A DNA stretch of 24,000 nt, taken from Neisseria sp. (lineage in GTDB: Bacteria; Pseudomonadota; Gammaproteobacteria; Burkholderiales; Neisseriaceae). Shown here in pieces: positions 15,501 through 24,000 of this stretch (position 1 is its first letter; every line of letters begins with the position of its first letter). A program made the position numbers and the translations under genes. The stretch lies in contig JAUNMN010000009.1 of the NCBI GenBank assembly GCA_030531795.1, forward strand, positions 27,883 through 51,882, in the 5' to 3' direction. Under the pieces are notes generated by a model. It was given only the letters and a program-made list of their open reading frames with translations, did no database searches and was not told the origin of the DNA.

Positions 15501-16535
15501 TCAAAACAAATTGTCCATGCTCACTTGCGAAGCGGCTTCGTTTTTCGGCGTTGCCACAGGTTTCGCCACATCGCTCTTCACTACTGGATTTTTGTTTGAC
15601 GCGGTTTTGGCTGGCGAAGCAGCGGCTGTCGCTTTTTTCGCAACCGACGACACCGCGCTCGCTGGCGCGTTTTCCGCTTCGGTGTTCACTTCCACGCCGC
15701 CATCCATGTTTTCAGCAGGCGCAGACGGCACCACTTTCGGCATCGCTTTCGCTTTGCTGTACGCGCCACTGCCGCTTGTCCATTGCACCGACTTCAAATC
15801 GCCCGCAACGCTCGCCTTGCCTTTGCCGCAACTCACGCACACCAACGCGCCCGTTTTCGCTTTCAGCACCGCGTCCACTTGCTTGTTGTTTACGGTTTTG
15901 CCATTGGCTTTTGCCCACGCCGCAATGCTCTTGCGCAAAGCCGTAGTGTCTAAATTTTTCTTGTTATACGGGTCGCGATACGCCGCCAGCCACAATTGAT
16001 TTTTGCTGTCCACATTCAACGCCGCCATTTGGTAAATCACGTCTGCAGGCGAACCAGTTGCGATGCGGTCGGCAAATTCCAAAGCATCAGGCGATTTCAT
16101 GCGCACACAACCGTGGCTGCGCACACCAGGCACGCTGCTCGGCGCGTTTGTGCCATGAATGCCCAAACCCAGTTTCGGGTCGCCCAAACGCACAAACACA
16201 GGACCAAGCGGATGACCAGGTTCGCCGTATTTGATGGTTTTCTTACCGTCGTTGCGTTCTTTTTGAATCGATTTGGGAATGTGCCAAGTCGGTTTATACG
16301 CCTTGCCGCCGATGACGTGCGAACCCAAATTCGTTTGCGTAATCGCCTTGCCCACGGCAACTTGATAAATTTTGGTCAATTTGCCATCGGTGTACAAAAA
16401 CAAACGCTGTTGCGGAATATTGATGACAACGTGTTGCCCTTCGGCATTTGGCGACACATCAGGCAAAGAAGTATTGGCAAACGCTGCGCTGCTCAAAAAT
16501 GCAGCGGCGGTCGCAAAAATGATTTTTTTCATCAT
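15501..16535 (-). CDS. Periplasmic L,D-transpeptidase (YkuD domain) with a long low-complexity C-terminal extension
   Basis: The 344-aa product has the signal peptide MMKKIIFATAAAFLSSAAFA. The catalytic region is GIHGTNAPSSVPGVRSHGCVRM (H..SHGC.R). The last roughly 100 aa are rich in A/K/P/S/V. Confidence 0.88.
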   Translation of the reverse strand: MMKKIIFATAAAFLSSAAFANTSLPDVSPNAEGQHVVINIPQQRLFLYTDGKLTKIYQVAVGKAITQTNLGSHVIGGKAYKPTWHIPKSIQKERNDGKKTIKYGEPGHPLGPVFVRLGDPKLGLGIHGTNAPSSVPGVRSHGCVRMKSPDALEFADRIATGSPADVIYQMAALNVDSKNQLWLAAYRDPYNKKNLDTTALRKSIAAWAKANGKTVNNKQVDAVLKAKTGALVCVSCGKGKASVAGDLKSVQWTSGSGAYSKAKAMPKVVPSAPAENMDGGVEVNTEAENAPASAVSSVAKKATAAASPAKTASNKNPVVKSDVAKPVATPKNEAASQVSMDNLF

Positions 16536-16663
16536 GCTTTAAGTGGTTTAGGGAAGAAAAATAGTGCGCTATCATACCGTAAAAGCGCAAAATTGTGCGA
16601 AAATATCGGCTTTTCGCCAGCGTTTGTGGCGAAATTTCAGCATAAAAACCACAAAGATTCGCC

Positions 16664-17974
16664 ATGAACCCAAACCAGCCACTCGCCCACATTGACAATT
16701 TAGATTACGAAGGTCGCGGCATTGCCCGCATCGACGGCAAAACCGTGTTCATTCAAGGGGCGATGCCACAAGAAACCGTGCAATTTCAAATCGTTAAACA
16801 ACATAAAGGTTTTGACGAAGCAATCGCCACCAAAATCATTCACGCTTCGCCTTTTCGGCGCACGCCGCCCTGTCCGCATTTTGGTGTGTGTGGCGGTTGT
16901 GCCTTGCAACACATCAATGACGATGTGCAGACGGCATTGAAACAACGCATTGCCGAAGAACAATTGCAGCGCATCGCCCAAGTTCGCCCCAGCCATTTTC
17001 TGCCTGCGATACACGGCATCGCGTGGCATTATCGCCAGCGGGCGCGTTTGAGCGTGGCAAGCGAAAAAGGCAGTTGCCGCATCGGTTTTCAAGCCAAAAA
17101 AAGCCATCAAATCATCAATATCGATTCGTGTTTGACTTTATCGCCTGCACTCAATCGTGCTTTGCCTGTGTTGCAAAAATACCTCAAAAGCATCGCCCAC
17201 GCCCTGAAACTGCGTTACATCGAACTTGCAGACGGCAAGGATTTAAGCGTTGCCTTGCTGGCGATGAACCACACGCCCACGCCACACCAGCAACGCATCT
17301 TGCATGATTTACACAAAGCACTACAACAAACAGGCAAAGCGTGGCGAATCGACCTGCAAATCGGCAAGCAGCCAGCGTTTGCCTTACAAGAAATGGCGAA
17401 AATTTTGAGCTACGAATTGCCCGAATTTGACATCATCATGCCCTATCAGCCCAGCGATTTTACCCAAGTCAACGCCCAAACCAACGCACTGATGGTGTCG
17501 CGTGCCATGCGTTTGCTTGAACCACAACACCATGAAAACATTGCCGATTTGTTTTGTGGCTTGGGTAATTTCACTTTACCGCTTGCCAAAAGTGGCGCAA
17601 AAGTGTTGGCGATTGAAGGCTTGCCCTCTTTGATTGAACGCGCCAAACACAATGCTCAACGCAATCGTCTGCACAACATCGATTTTCGGGTTGGCGATTT
17701 GTTTGACACCACGCCCGAAACCGTCGCATCTTGGGGCAAGTTGGACAAAATGTTGCTCGACCCGCCGCGCGCTGGCGCGTATGCCTTGGTGCAAGCATTG
17801 CACGCGCCATTTTTGCCCAAACGCATCGTGTATGTGTCGTGCAACCCAGCCACATTCGCGCGCGATGCGGCGGTTTTGGTGGGCAAAGGTTATCGGTTCA
17901 CTGCGTCTGGAGTGATGAATTTGTTCCCCCAAACCGCCCACATTGAAAACATCGCCGTATTTGATTTGGCGTAA
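16664..17974 (+). CDS. rlmD: 23S rRNA (uracil1939-C5)-methyltransferase
   Basis: The 436-aa product has an N-terminal TRAM domain, the Fe-S cysteine cluster CPHFGVCGGCALQH, the SAM motif DLFCGLGNFTLPLA, and catalytic YVSCNPATFARD. Confidence 0.92.
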   Translation: MNPNQPLAHIDNLDYEGRGIARIDGKTVFIQGAMPQETVQFQIVKQHKGFDEAIATKIIHASPFRRTPPCPHFGVCGGCALQHINDDVQTALKQRIAEEQLQRIAQVRPSHFLPAIHGIAWHYRQRARLSVASEKGSCRIGFQAKKSHQIINIDSCLTLSPALNRALPVLQKYLKSIAHALKLRYIELADGKDLSVALLAMNHTPTPHQQRILHDLHKALQQTGKAWRIDLQIGKQPAFALQEMAKILSYELPEFDIIMPYQPSDFTQVNAQTNALMVSRAMRLLEPQHHENIADLFCGLGNFTLPLAKSGAKVLAIEGLPSLIERAKHNAQRNRLHNIDFRVGDLFDTTPETVASWGKLDKMLLDPPRAGAYALVQALHAPFLPKRIVYVSCNPATFARDAAVLVGKGYRFTASGVMNLFPQTAHIENIAVFDLA

Positions 17975-17980
17975 GAACAC

Positions 17981-18001
17981 GTGCCGTCTGCAGACGGCAT
18001 C
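17981..18001 (+). terminator. Overlapping palindromic DUS pair after rlmD
   Basis: TGCCGTCTGCAGACGGCA at 17982-17999 is a perfect 18-bp palindrome centred on CTGCAG. The nearest T-run (TTTTTT) is about 12 nt downstream, so terminator activity is uncertain. Confidence 0.5.
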
Positions 18002-18068
18002 GCGTATTGTTTTTTGCCACGCAAGCCGATAAACTGAAAGCCTTTTTCCAATCCATAAGGAGCATCAC

Positions 18069-18611
18069 ATGAGCCGTTTGCAGATTGAAAACACCGTTTG
18101 CATTGTGGTAGACATTCAAGAGCGTTTGACCGCTGTTTTGCACGAAGCCGATGATTTTGTTGAAAAAAGCAGCGTTTTATTGCAAGGTTTAAACGCTTTG
18201 GGCATTGCCCACATCATCACCGAGCAATACCCAAAAGGTTTGGGCAACACTTTGGCTCAAATCAAAGAACTTTGCCCCGACAGCCCCGTGATTGAGAAAA
18301 CCCGATTTTCGGCGTTTTTAAGCGAAGTTGAGGCATTTTTGCAGCAAAAACAAGCGAAAAATGTGATTATTATCGGTGCAGAAGCCCACGTTTGTATGCT
18401 GCAAACCGTGCAAGATTTGCAAGCCGCTGGCTACACCGCCTACATTCCATTTGAATGCACCACTTCGCGCAGTCCGCTCAATAAAGCCAACGCTTTGCAA
18501 CAAATGCAAGCGGCTGGCGCGGTGGTCAGCAATGTGGAAAGCCTGTTGTTTGCCTTGCTGGAAGATGCCAAACATCCTGCTTTCAAAACTATTTCCAAGT
18601 TAATTCAATAA
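18069..18611 (+). CDS. Isochorismatase-family (cysteine) hydrolase
   Basis: The 180-aa product contains VVDIQERL near the N-terminus, IIIGAEAHVCMLQT with the catalytic Cys context, and the overall family fold pattern. Confidence 0.85.
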   Translation: MSRLQIENTVCIVVDIQERLTAVLHEADDFVEKSSVLLQGLNALGIAHIITEQYPKGLGNTLAQIKELCPDSPVIEKTRFSAFLSEVEAFLQQKQAKNVIIIGAEAHVCMLQTVQDLQAAGYTAYIPFECTTSRSPLNKANALQQMQAAGAVVSNVESLLFALLEDAKHPAFKTISKLIQ

Positions 18612-18624
18612 TTTATCTAAAAAA

Positions 18625-18653
18625 GCAGATGCCGTTTCGCAGACGGCATCTGC
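18625..18653 (+). terminator. Degenerate DUS-derived hairpin after the hydrolase gene
   Basis: GCAGATGCCGT (18625-18635) pairs with ACGGCATCTGC (18643-18653), an 11-bp stem with a 7-nt loop. The U-tract is weak. Confidence 0.55.
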
Positions 18654-18666
18654 TTGCCTTTGTCTC

Positions 18667-19176
18667 ATGAACACACAAAATTTCCGCATTCAAATCGCCC
18701 AAGCAAGCGATTTAGCCGACATTGTCGCGATTTACAACAGCACCATTCCCACTCGCCAAAGCACCGCCGATTTGCAGCCCGTTTCGGTCGAGTCGCGCCG
18801 CGCTTGGTTTGAAGCACACAACGAAAAACGCCCGATTTATGTGGTCAAAAACGCTGAAAATCAGCTGCTGGCTTGGGGCAGTTTCAGCGATTATTATCCG
18901 CGCGACGCTTATCACATCAGCGCGGAAATCAGCGTGTATGTTGGCGAACAGGCACGCGGACAAGGTTTAGGCAAAACCTTACTGCAATTCATGTTGCAAC
19001 AAGCGCCGAGTTTGGGAATACGCAATGTGTTGGCGGTGATTTTTGCCCACAATGCCGCCAGCATCGCGCTGTTTGAACAAGCAGGTTTTGCCAAGTGGGG
19101 GCATTTGCCGAAAGTGTGCGATTTGGAAAATCAGCTGGCGGATATTGTGATTTTGGGCAAATGTTTGGCGGATTAA
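18667..19176 (+). CDS. GNAT-family N-acetyltransferase, phosphinothricin/methionine sulfoximine acetyltransferase-like
   Basis: The 169-aa product contains IRIAQASDLADIVAIYNSTI...STADLQPVSVESRRAWF and the acetyl-CoA loop RGQGLGKTLL, which is the pattern of the PAT subfamily. Confidence 0.82.
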   Translation: MNTQNFRIQIAQASDLADIVAIYNSTIPTRQSTADLQPVSVESRRAWFEAHNEKRPIYVVKNAENQLLAWGSFSDYYPRDAYHISAEISVYVGEQARGQGLGKTLLQFMLQQAPSLGIRNVLAVIFAHNAASIALFEQAGFAKWGHLPKVCDLENQLADIVILGKCLAD

Positions 19177-19196
19177 AGCTATTAAAAGCATAAAAA

Positions 19197-19262
19197 ATGC
19201 CGTCTGTGACTGAAAGGAATCCCATAGCGAAGCTATAGGGGCGTTTCATTTGCAGACGGCAT
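19197..19262. terminator. Inverted DUS pair between the convergent GNAT gene and pepN
   Basis: ATGCCGTCTGTG at 19197-19208 and TGCAGACGGCAT at 19251-19262. T6 follows on the minus strand, serving pepN. A nested small imperfect hairpin lies at 19219-19242. Confidence 0.6.
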
Positions 19263-19282
19263 TCGTTTAGCCAAAAATCGTT

Positions 19283-21910
19283 TTACGCCAAAATCTTATG
19301 CACAATTTCGCTCACATCTTTTGACAAATTCGCTTTGCTGGCAATGCTTTGTAAAGCGGTTTTCATCAAAGTTTGGCGTTGCGGTTCGAGGCGTTGGCAA
19401 ATATCGAACGCTTGCACCAAACGCGCCGCAACTTGTGGATTAAATTCATCAATTTGCATCACTTTTTCAGCAATAAATTGATAACCTGTGCCGTCTGCAG
19501 CGTGAAAAAATGGTACATTGCGTGTGAACGTCCCCAACAAAGCGCGTGCTTTATTCGGGTTTTCCAAACTGAATTGCGGATGGTTCAGAGCATTTTGCAC
19601 GCGTTCAAAAGTGTCAGCTCGATGGCTGCTCGCCAACAAAATAAAATATTTGTCCATCACCAAAGCCTCATCGGCAAATTTGTTGGCGAAGTTTTCCAGC
19701 AATTCATCGCGTTGGCTGCTGGCGTGGTGGTTCACCGCCGACAACACGCCCCACTCGTGGGTCATGTTTTTTGCCATTTCTGCATAATTTTCAAATGCTT
19801 GTTGCATATATTCATCGGGTTTTGCACGCAATAAATAAGCGCGGCAAGTGTTACGCAAACTGCGCCAAGCCGCTTGCTCTGGCTCGTACTCATAAGGTTG
19901 CACCAAATCGGCGTTTTCTTCCGCCTGTTTCGCCGCTTGGTTGAGCTGAGCAAATTCGTTGGCAAACTCGCTGGCAATCGTATTTAACAAGGCTTCACGC
20001 GCTTGATGCACGCGAACGGGTTGAATTTGCTCACGTCCGTCCCACAATTCGGCTGCAGTCGGCAATTGCAACAGCAACGCCTTAAACGCAGGGTCAATAT
20101 CCGCTTGTAAGACATTGCGTAAAGCGGCGAACAAGCCAGTGTGTTGCGGCAAATCTTCTTGATTTTCTAATGCTTTTTCATTAGCAGCAACCGCGCGGCG
20201 CAACAAGGTTTGCCCTGCTTCCCAACGGGCAAACGCATCTGTGTCGTGGGCAAGCAACAATGCCAAATCGGCATCGCTGTAATCGTATTGCAGATGCACG
20301 GGTGCAGAAAAACCGCGCAACAAAGACGGCACAACTTCTTCACAAACTCCATACAAAACAAAGTCTTGTTCGTCTTGGTTTAAGGTCAACACCGCCTCGG
20401 CTTGTGCCGTGCCGCCTGCACTTAGTTTAAACGGCACAAGTTCGCCTTGGCGATTGAGCAAGGCAATTTTCAGAGGCATTTGCATCGCTTTTTTCTCTGC
20501 CATATCGGGCGTGGCTGGCGTGGTTTGGCTCACGCGCAAACGGTATTGCCCATTATCTGCCTGCGTTTGCACGCGTACGGTTGGCGTGCCTGCTTGGCTG
20601 TACCACAAGGCAAATTGTTCAAAATCCACGCCATTCGCATCCGCCATCGCCAAACGAAAATCATCGCAAGTAACCGCCTGTCCATCATGGCGTTGGAAAT
20701 ACAATTTCATGCCCTTTTGGAAACCTGCTTCACCCAAAAATGTGTGATACATACGCACCACTTCCGCGCCTTTTTCGTACACGGTCATGGTGTAAAAATT
20801 GTTCATTTCTTCGTATTGTGCAGGGCGAATCGGGTGTGCCATCGGGCCTGCGTCTTCGGGAAATTGATGCTGACGCAAATAGCTCACGCCTTCAATGCGG
20901 CGCACTGCGCGACTGGCTCTATCGCCCGAAAACTCTTGGTCGCGGAACACGGTCAAACCTTCTTTCAGCGACAACTGAAACCAGTTGCGACAGGTTACGC
21001 GGTTGCCCGTCCAGTTGTGAAAATACTCGTGCGCCACCACGCTCTCCACGCCTTCAAAATCGGCATCGGTGGCGGTTTGGCTGTTGGCAAGCACAAATTT
21101 GGTGTTGAAAATATTCAAACCCTTGTTTTCCATCGCGCCCATATTGAAATCGCCCACCGCCACAATCATGTAGCGGTCTAAATCGTATTCCAAACCGAAG
21201 CGCGACTCGTCCCAAGCCATCGCGTTTTTCAGCGATTCCATCGCGAAACCCACTTTGTCCGCGTCCGCTGCACGGGTGTAAAAATCCAAAGAAATTTCGC
21301 GTCCGCTCATTGTCGTAAACGTGTCGTGAGTTAAGGTCAAATCGCCTGCCACCAAGGCAAACAAATAACTCGGTTTTTTAAACGGGTCGTACCATTTTGC
21401 CCAGTGTTTGCCGTCTGCAGTTTGCCCTGAATCCTGCAAATTGCCGTTAGACAACAACACAGGATAGCTTTTGGCATCGGCAATAATCGTGGTCGTGAAC
21501 ACCGACATCACGTCTGGGCGGTCGGGATAGAACGTGATTTTACGAAAACCTTCGGGTTCACATTGCGTGTACAAATTGCCACCCGAAGCGTACAAACCCA
21601 TTAAAGATTTGTTTTCATTTGGATAAATTTTGGTTTGCACGCTCAAATCAAAAGCTGCAGACGGCACATTGTGCAAACGCAAACTTTCGGCGTTTAACTC
21701 GTAATCCTGCCACGCTTCGCCATCGATTTGCACGCCCAACAACTCCGCCGAACCGTCTAGCTGCAAGGTTGGCTTGCTGTTTTGCGGCAACACACGCAAA
21801 GTCGCCTGCACAATGGTGTGCGTTTCTTCAATTGTGAACACCAAATCGGTGCTTTCCACCAAAAAATCAGGTGCTTGATAATCTTTCAAATAATGTACGG
21901 TTTTGCTCAT
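19283..21910 (-). CDS. pepN: Aminopeptidase N (M1 family zinc metallopeptidase)
   Basis: The 875-aa product has the GAMEN exopeptidase motif and the zinc site [13 protein letters not shown]...[11 protein letters not shown]. Confidence 0.96.
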   Translation of the reverse strand: MSKTVHYLKDYQAPDFLVESTDLVFTIEETHTIVQATLRVLPQNSKPTLQLDGSAELLGVQIDGEAWQDYELNAESLRLHNVPSAAFDLSVQTKIYPNENKSLMGLYASGGNLYTQCEPEGFRKITFYPDRPDVMSVFTTTIIADAKSYPVLLSNGNLQDSGQTADGKHWAKWYDPFKKPSYLFALVAGDLTLTHDTFTTMSGREISLDFYTRAADADKVGFAMESLKNAMAWDESRFGLEYDLDRYMIVAVGDFNMGAMENKGLNIFNTKFVLANSQTATDADFEGVESVVAHEYFHNWTGNRVTCRNWFQLSLKEGLTVFRDQEFSGDRASRAVRRIEGVSYLRQHQFPEDAGPMAHPIRPAQYEEMNNFYTMTVYEKGAEVVRMYHTFLGEAGFQKGMKLYFQRHDGQAVTCDDFRLAMADANGVDFEQFALWYSQAGTPTVRVQTQADNGQYRLRVSQTTPATPDMAEKKAMQMPLKIALLNRQGELVPFKLSAGGTAQAEAVLTLNQDEQDFVLYGVCEEVVPSLLRGFSAPVHLQYDYSDADLALLLAHDTDAFARWEAGQTLLRRAVAANEKALENQEDLPQHTGLFAALRNVLQADIDPAFKALLLQLPTAAELWDGREQIQPVRVHQAREALLNTIASEFANEFAQLNQAAKQAEENADLVQPYEYEPEQAAWRSLRNTCRAYLLRAKPDEYMQQAFENYAEMAKNMTHEWGVLSAVNHHASSQRDELLENFANKFADEALVMDKYFILLASSHRADTFERVQNALNHPQFSLENPNKARALLGTFTRNVPFFHAADGTGYQFIAEKVMQIDEFNPQVAARLVQAFDICQRLEPQRQTLMKTALQSIASKANLSKDVSEIVHKILA

Positions 21911-21944
21911 TTTGCTCTCTTGATTAAACTTAAAACAATAAACA

Positions 21945-21981
21945 ATGCCGTCTGCAGTTTTCTAAACACTGCAGACGGCAT
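21945..21981 (-). terminator. Inverted DUS pair after fabG, inside the short pepN upstream region
   Basis: ATGCCGTCTGCA at 21945-21956 and TGCAGACGGCAT at 21970-21981. Confidence 0.65.
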
Positions 21982-21993
21982 CTCATTTGTTCA

Positions 21994-22740
21994 TTAAGGC
22001 ATCAACATGCCGCCATTGACGTGCAAAGTTTGCCCTGTAATGTAGCTGGCTTGCTCAGAAGCCAAAAACAACACCGCGTTGGCAATGTCTTGCGCTTCGC
22101 CGAATTTACCCAAAGCGGTTTGCGCTTCAAAAGTTTTGCGCACTTCCTCAGGCAAAGCGCGCGTCATGTCGGTGTCGATAAACCCAGGGGCGACGCAGTT
22201 GACCGTGATGCCACGCGAACCGACTTCACGCGCCATTGATTTGGCAAAACCGATTAAACCCGCCTTCGCCGCCGCGTAGTTCGCCTGCCCCGCATTGCCC
22301 ATCGCGCCGACCACAGAAGTGATGTTAATGATGCGACCCGAACGCTGCTTCATCATGCCGCGCAACACCGCCTTGCTGGCACGGAACACCGATTTCAGGT
22401 TTACCTGCATAATCTCGTCCCACTCTTCTTCTTTCATGCGCATCAATAAGTTATCGCGCGTGATGCCAGCGTTGTTCACCAAAATATCCAGTTTGCCGAA
22501 CTCTTTTTCAATGTCTGCAATCAAAGTTTCAATCGAATTCGGTTCAGCCGCATTCAAAGCACGACCCGAGCCGCCCCATTGCGCCAAACGCTCGCCAATC
22601 GCCGCCGCACCGCTGTCGCTGGTTGCCGTGCCAATCACCGTTGCCCCAGCTTGTGCCAAAGTATCCGCAATCGCCGCACCAATGCCGCGACTCGCACCCG
22701 TTACCAAAGCAATCTTGCCACTCAAATCTTGCAAAGCCAT
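21994..22740 (-). CDS. fabG: 3-oxoacyl-[acyl-carrier-protein] reductase
   Basis: The 248-aa product is collinear with remembered E. coli FabG: GKIALVTGASRGIG, ILVNNAGITRDNLLMRMK, GQANYAAAKAGLIGF, YITGQTLHVNGGM. Confidence 0.93.
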   Translation of the reverse strand: MALQDLSGKIALVTGASRGIGAAIADTLAQAGATVIGTATSDSGAAAIGERLAQWGGSGRALNAAEPNSIETLIADIEKEFGKLDILVNNAGITRDNLLMRMKEEEWDEIMQVNLKSVFRASKAVLRGMMKQRSGRIINITSVVGAMGNAGQANYAAAKAGLIGFAKSMAREVGSRGITVNCVAPGFIDTDMTRALPEEVRKTFEAQTALGKFGEAQDIANAVLFLASEQASYITGQTLHVNGGMLMP

Positions 22741-22793
22741 TATTCCACCTCAAAAACGAAAAAACGCATTATTTCAAAAAACACAATGCAAAG

Positions 22794-23336
22794 CTAGTCA
22801 AAACAAGGCAAATCCGCCAGAAACTGTCCCGCCAAATCCTTCGCCGACAAACTCGGCTCGCCCTGCAATTGCCAATCCACCGCCACCGTTGGGTCGTTCC
22901 AAATCAAAGAATGTTCCGCATTCGGATTGTAATAATCCGTGCATTTATACACAAACTCCGCCGACTCACTTAACACATAAAAACCATGCGCAAAACCTTC
23001 AGGCACCCACAATTGTCGCTTATTTTCTGCCGACAAAATTTTGCCCACCCATTGCCCAAACGTTAGCGAAGAACGGCGTAAATCCACCGCCACATCCAAC
23101 ACCGCCCCAGACACCACACGCACCAACTTCCCCTGCGTGTTTTCCGTTTGAAAATGCAAACCACGCAAAACACCTTTTACCGATTTGCTGTGATTTTCCT
23201 GCACAAACACCCGATTTGCCACATTTTCCCGAAACCATTCATCACGAAACGTTTCCATAAAAAAACCACGCTCATCGCCAAACACACGCGGCTCAATGAT
23301 TTTCACATCAGCGATTTTTGTATCAATCATTTGCAT
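22794..23336 (-). CDS. rfbC: dTDP-4-dehydrorhamnose 3,5-epimerase
   Basis: The 180-aa cupin contains FGDERGFFMETF, NHSKSVKGVLRGLHFQ, GKLVRVVSGAVLDVAVDLR and FAHGF. Confidence 0.93.
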   Translation of the reverse strand: MQMIDTKIADVKIIEPRVFGDERGFFMETFRDEWFRENVANRVFVQENHSKSVKGVLRGLHFQTENTQGKLVRVVSGAVLDVAVDLRRSSLTFGQWVGKILSAENKRQLWVPEGFAHGFYVLSESAEFVYKCTDYYNPNAEHSLIWNDPTVAVDWQLQGEPSLSAKDLAGQFLADLPCFD

Positions 23337-23386
23337 TGATTAAACCCTTTAAAATAAAACCAAATATTCTCAAATCCACTTAAATA

Positions 23387-23650
23387 CTATGATTCAGGCA
23401 AATTGAAAGGAATATAAGGCAGAATATCCAAAATATACTTCACCCAATTTTCAAAACCGTATTTTTCATAAATTGCAGACGGCAACAGCATATAAGGTTT
23501 CGCTAAAAATTCATCTATTCTTGTCAAATTATATCGTAAATTCAAAGTCTCTACTTTAAACCCAAGCATTTCCAAATTAGCAATCAAAGAATTAAAAATA
23601 CCATGATGATTTGGCATACCCAAAAGAATAGTCTTATTCAACCCAATCAT
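23387..23650 (-). CDS. Small hypothetical protein (87 aa) in an AT-rich polysaccharide-type locus; its C-terminal roughly 30 aa are paralogous to the upstream ORF
   Basis: ATG start with a GGGGAG RBS 7 nt upstream. The C-terminus YEKYGFENWVKYILDILPYIPF aligns with KEKYSFGNWIKYILDIQPHVSL of the ORF at 23714-24000. The N-terminus reads MIGLNKTILLGMPNHHGIFNSLIANLEMLGFKV. Function is unknown. Confidence 0.5.
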   Translation of the reverse strand: MIGLNKTILLGMPNHHGIFNSLIANLEMLGFKVETLNLRYNLTRIDEFLAKPYMLLPSAIYEKYGFENWVKYILDILPYIPFNLPES

Positions 23651-23713
23651 TTTTTGACTCCCCTACTACGAATCAATTTCACGACCTAATCTCATCAAAT
23701 CTTAAAGATATTT

Positions 23714-24000
23714 TTATTTCAGCAATGATAACGAGACATGTGGCTGAATATCTAAAATATATTTAATCCAATTTCCAAAAGAATATTTTTCTTTAATGTG
23801 CTGCTCAATAGGTACAAATGGTGTGGTTAAAAAATGTTCAAATGCTTGCACATCAATCTCGCCGTTTTCCCAAACAAATACATTGGATTCATGATATAAA
23901 TCATAATCCTTAACCTTAACATTATTAGTGATAAGTTTTTTATTGTAGTGAATGGATTCAAAAAAGCGAAATGACAAACCATTATGTTCTGCTTTGACAA
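23714..24000 (-). CDS. C-terminal part of a larger protein, possibly glycosyltransferase-like; the 5' end lies beyond the window
   Basis: The listed start at 23977 is a TTG codon, and the frame stays open upstream to position 24000 (...VKAEHNGLSFRFFESIHYNKKLITNN...). The true start is therefore outside the window. The segment is AT-rich and co-oriented with rfbC. The family assignment is only a guess. Confidence 0.5.
   Translation of the reverse strand, partial: VKAEHNGLSFRFFESIHYNKKLITNNVKVKDYDLYHESNVFVWENGEIDVQAFEHFLTTPFVPIEQHIKEKYSFGNWIKYILDIQPHVSLSLLK

Noticed and set aside
15460-16667. Plus-strand ORFs 15460..15999 (179 aa) and 15996..16667 (223 aa)
   Set aside because: They lie antisense to the L,D-transpeptidase gene. 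Their composition mirrors the low-complexity tail and the R/H-rich antisense of a GC-balanced gene.
19219-19242. Possible Correia/REP-like element (CCCATAGCGAAGCTATAGGG) nested in the DUS pair
   Set aside because: It is only a short imperfect hairpin. It lacks the characteristic Correia terminal repeats and length, and there is no second copy in the window.
20447-21181. 244-aa plus-strand ORF inside pepN
   Set aside because: It lies antisense to the conserved M1 peptidase catalytic region and has an H/R/F-rich, non-protein-like composition.
22295-23260. 321-aa plus-strand ORF spanning the fabG and rfbC loci
   Set aside because: It is proline/alanine-rich low-complexity sequence lying antisense to two well-supported genes and crossing their intergenic gap. 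No start context or family resemblance supports it.
21994-23336. fabG located between rfbC and pepN instead of in a fabD-fabG-acpP cluster
   Set aside because: The protein is a bona fide FabG by sequence. Gene order for fab genes varies among betaproteobacteria, and I cannot judge novelty without genome context.
23387-24000. Homopolymer tracts as phase-variation switches in the AT-rich polysaccharide ORFs
   Set aside because: The longest coding runs are about 6 nt (for example T6 encoding FF near 23961-23966). That is shorter than tracts known to slip at useful frequencies in Neisseria.
1-24000. CRISPR arrays, rRNA or tRNA genes, IS elements, transposases, integrases, prophage genes
   Set aside because: I found no regularly spaced repeat-spacer structure, no tRNA-like cloverleaf candidates in the intergenic regions, and no ORF with recombinase or transposase signatures. 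The only abundant repeat is the DUS.

Overview
This window looks like a chromosomal segment from a member of the Neisseriaceae. The basis is a very high density of a DNA uptake sequence (DUS) variant, ATGCCGTCTGCA. It usually occurs as inverted pairs that form terminator hairpins after genes. A neisserial-type porin and a BirA-CoaX fusion gene support the same assignment. Most content is housekeeping: birA/coaX (3' partial), porin, gcvT-gcvH-gcvP behind a tandem glycine riboswitch, an Lrp/AsnC regulator, DUF1415 and YbaN genes, a polytopic transporter, a TRIC-type channel, an L,D-transpeptidase, rlmD, an isochorismatase-family hydrolase, a GNAT acetyltransferase, pepN, fabG and rfbC. Three small accessory insertions stand out. 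(1) A tryptophanase cassette at about 10.05-11.87 kb carries an unlisted 23-codon TnaC-like leader ORF. The cassette is bracketed by near-identical direct copies of one DUS-pair terminator. (2) A toxin-antitoxin islet at 1.69-2.53 kb holds a HigB/RelE-like killer with an HTH antidote, plus a convergent AbrB/MazE-type antitoxin that has no toxin partner. (3) An abruptly AT-rich polysaccharide-type segment starts at about 23.34 kb and contains two tandem ORFs with a shared C-terminal module. I found no CRISPR array, rRNA, tRNA, transposase or integrase. All calls come from reading the sequence and from remembered family signatures. No database search was run.
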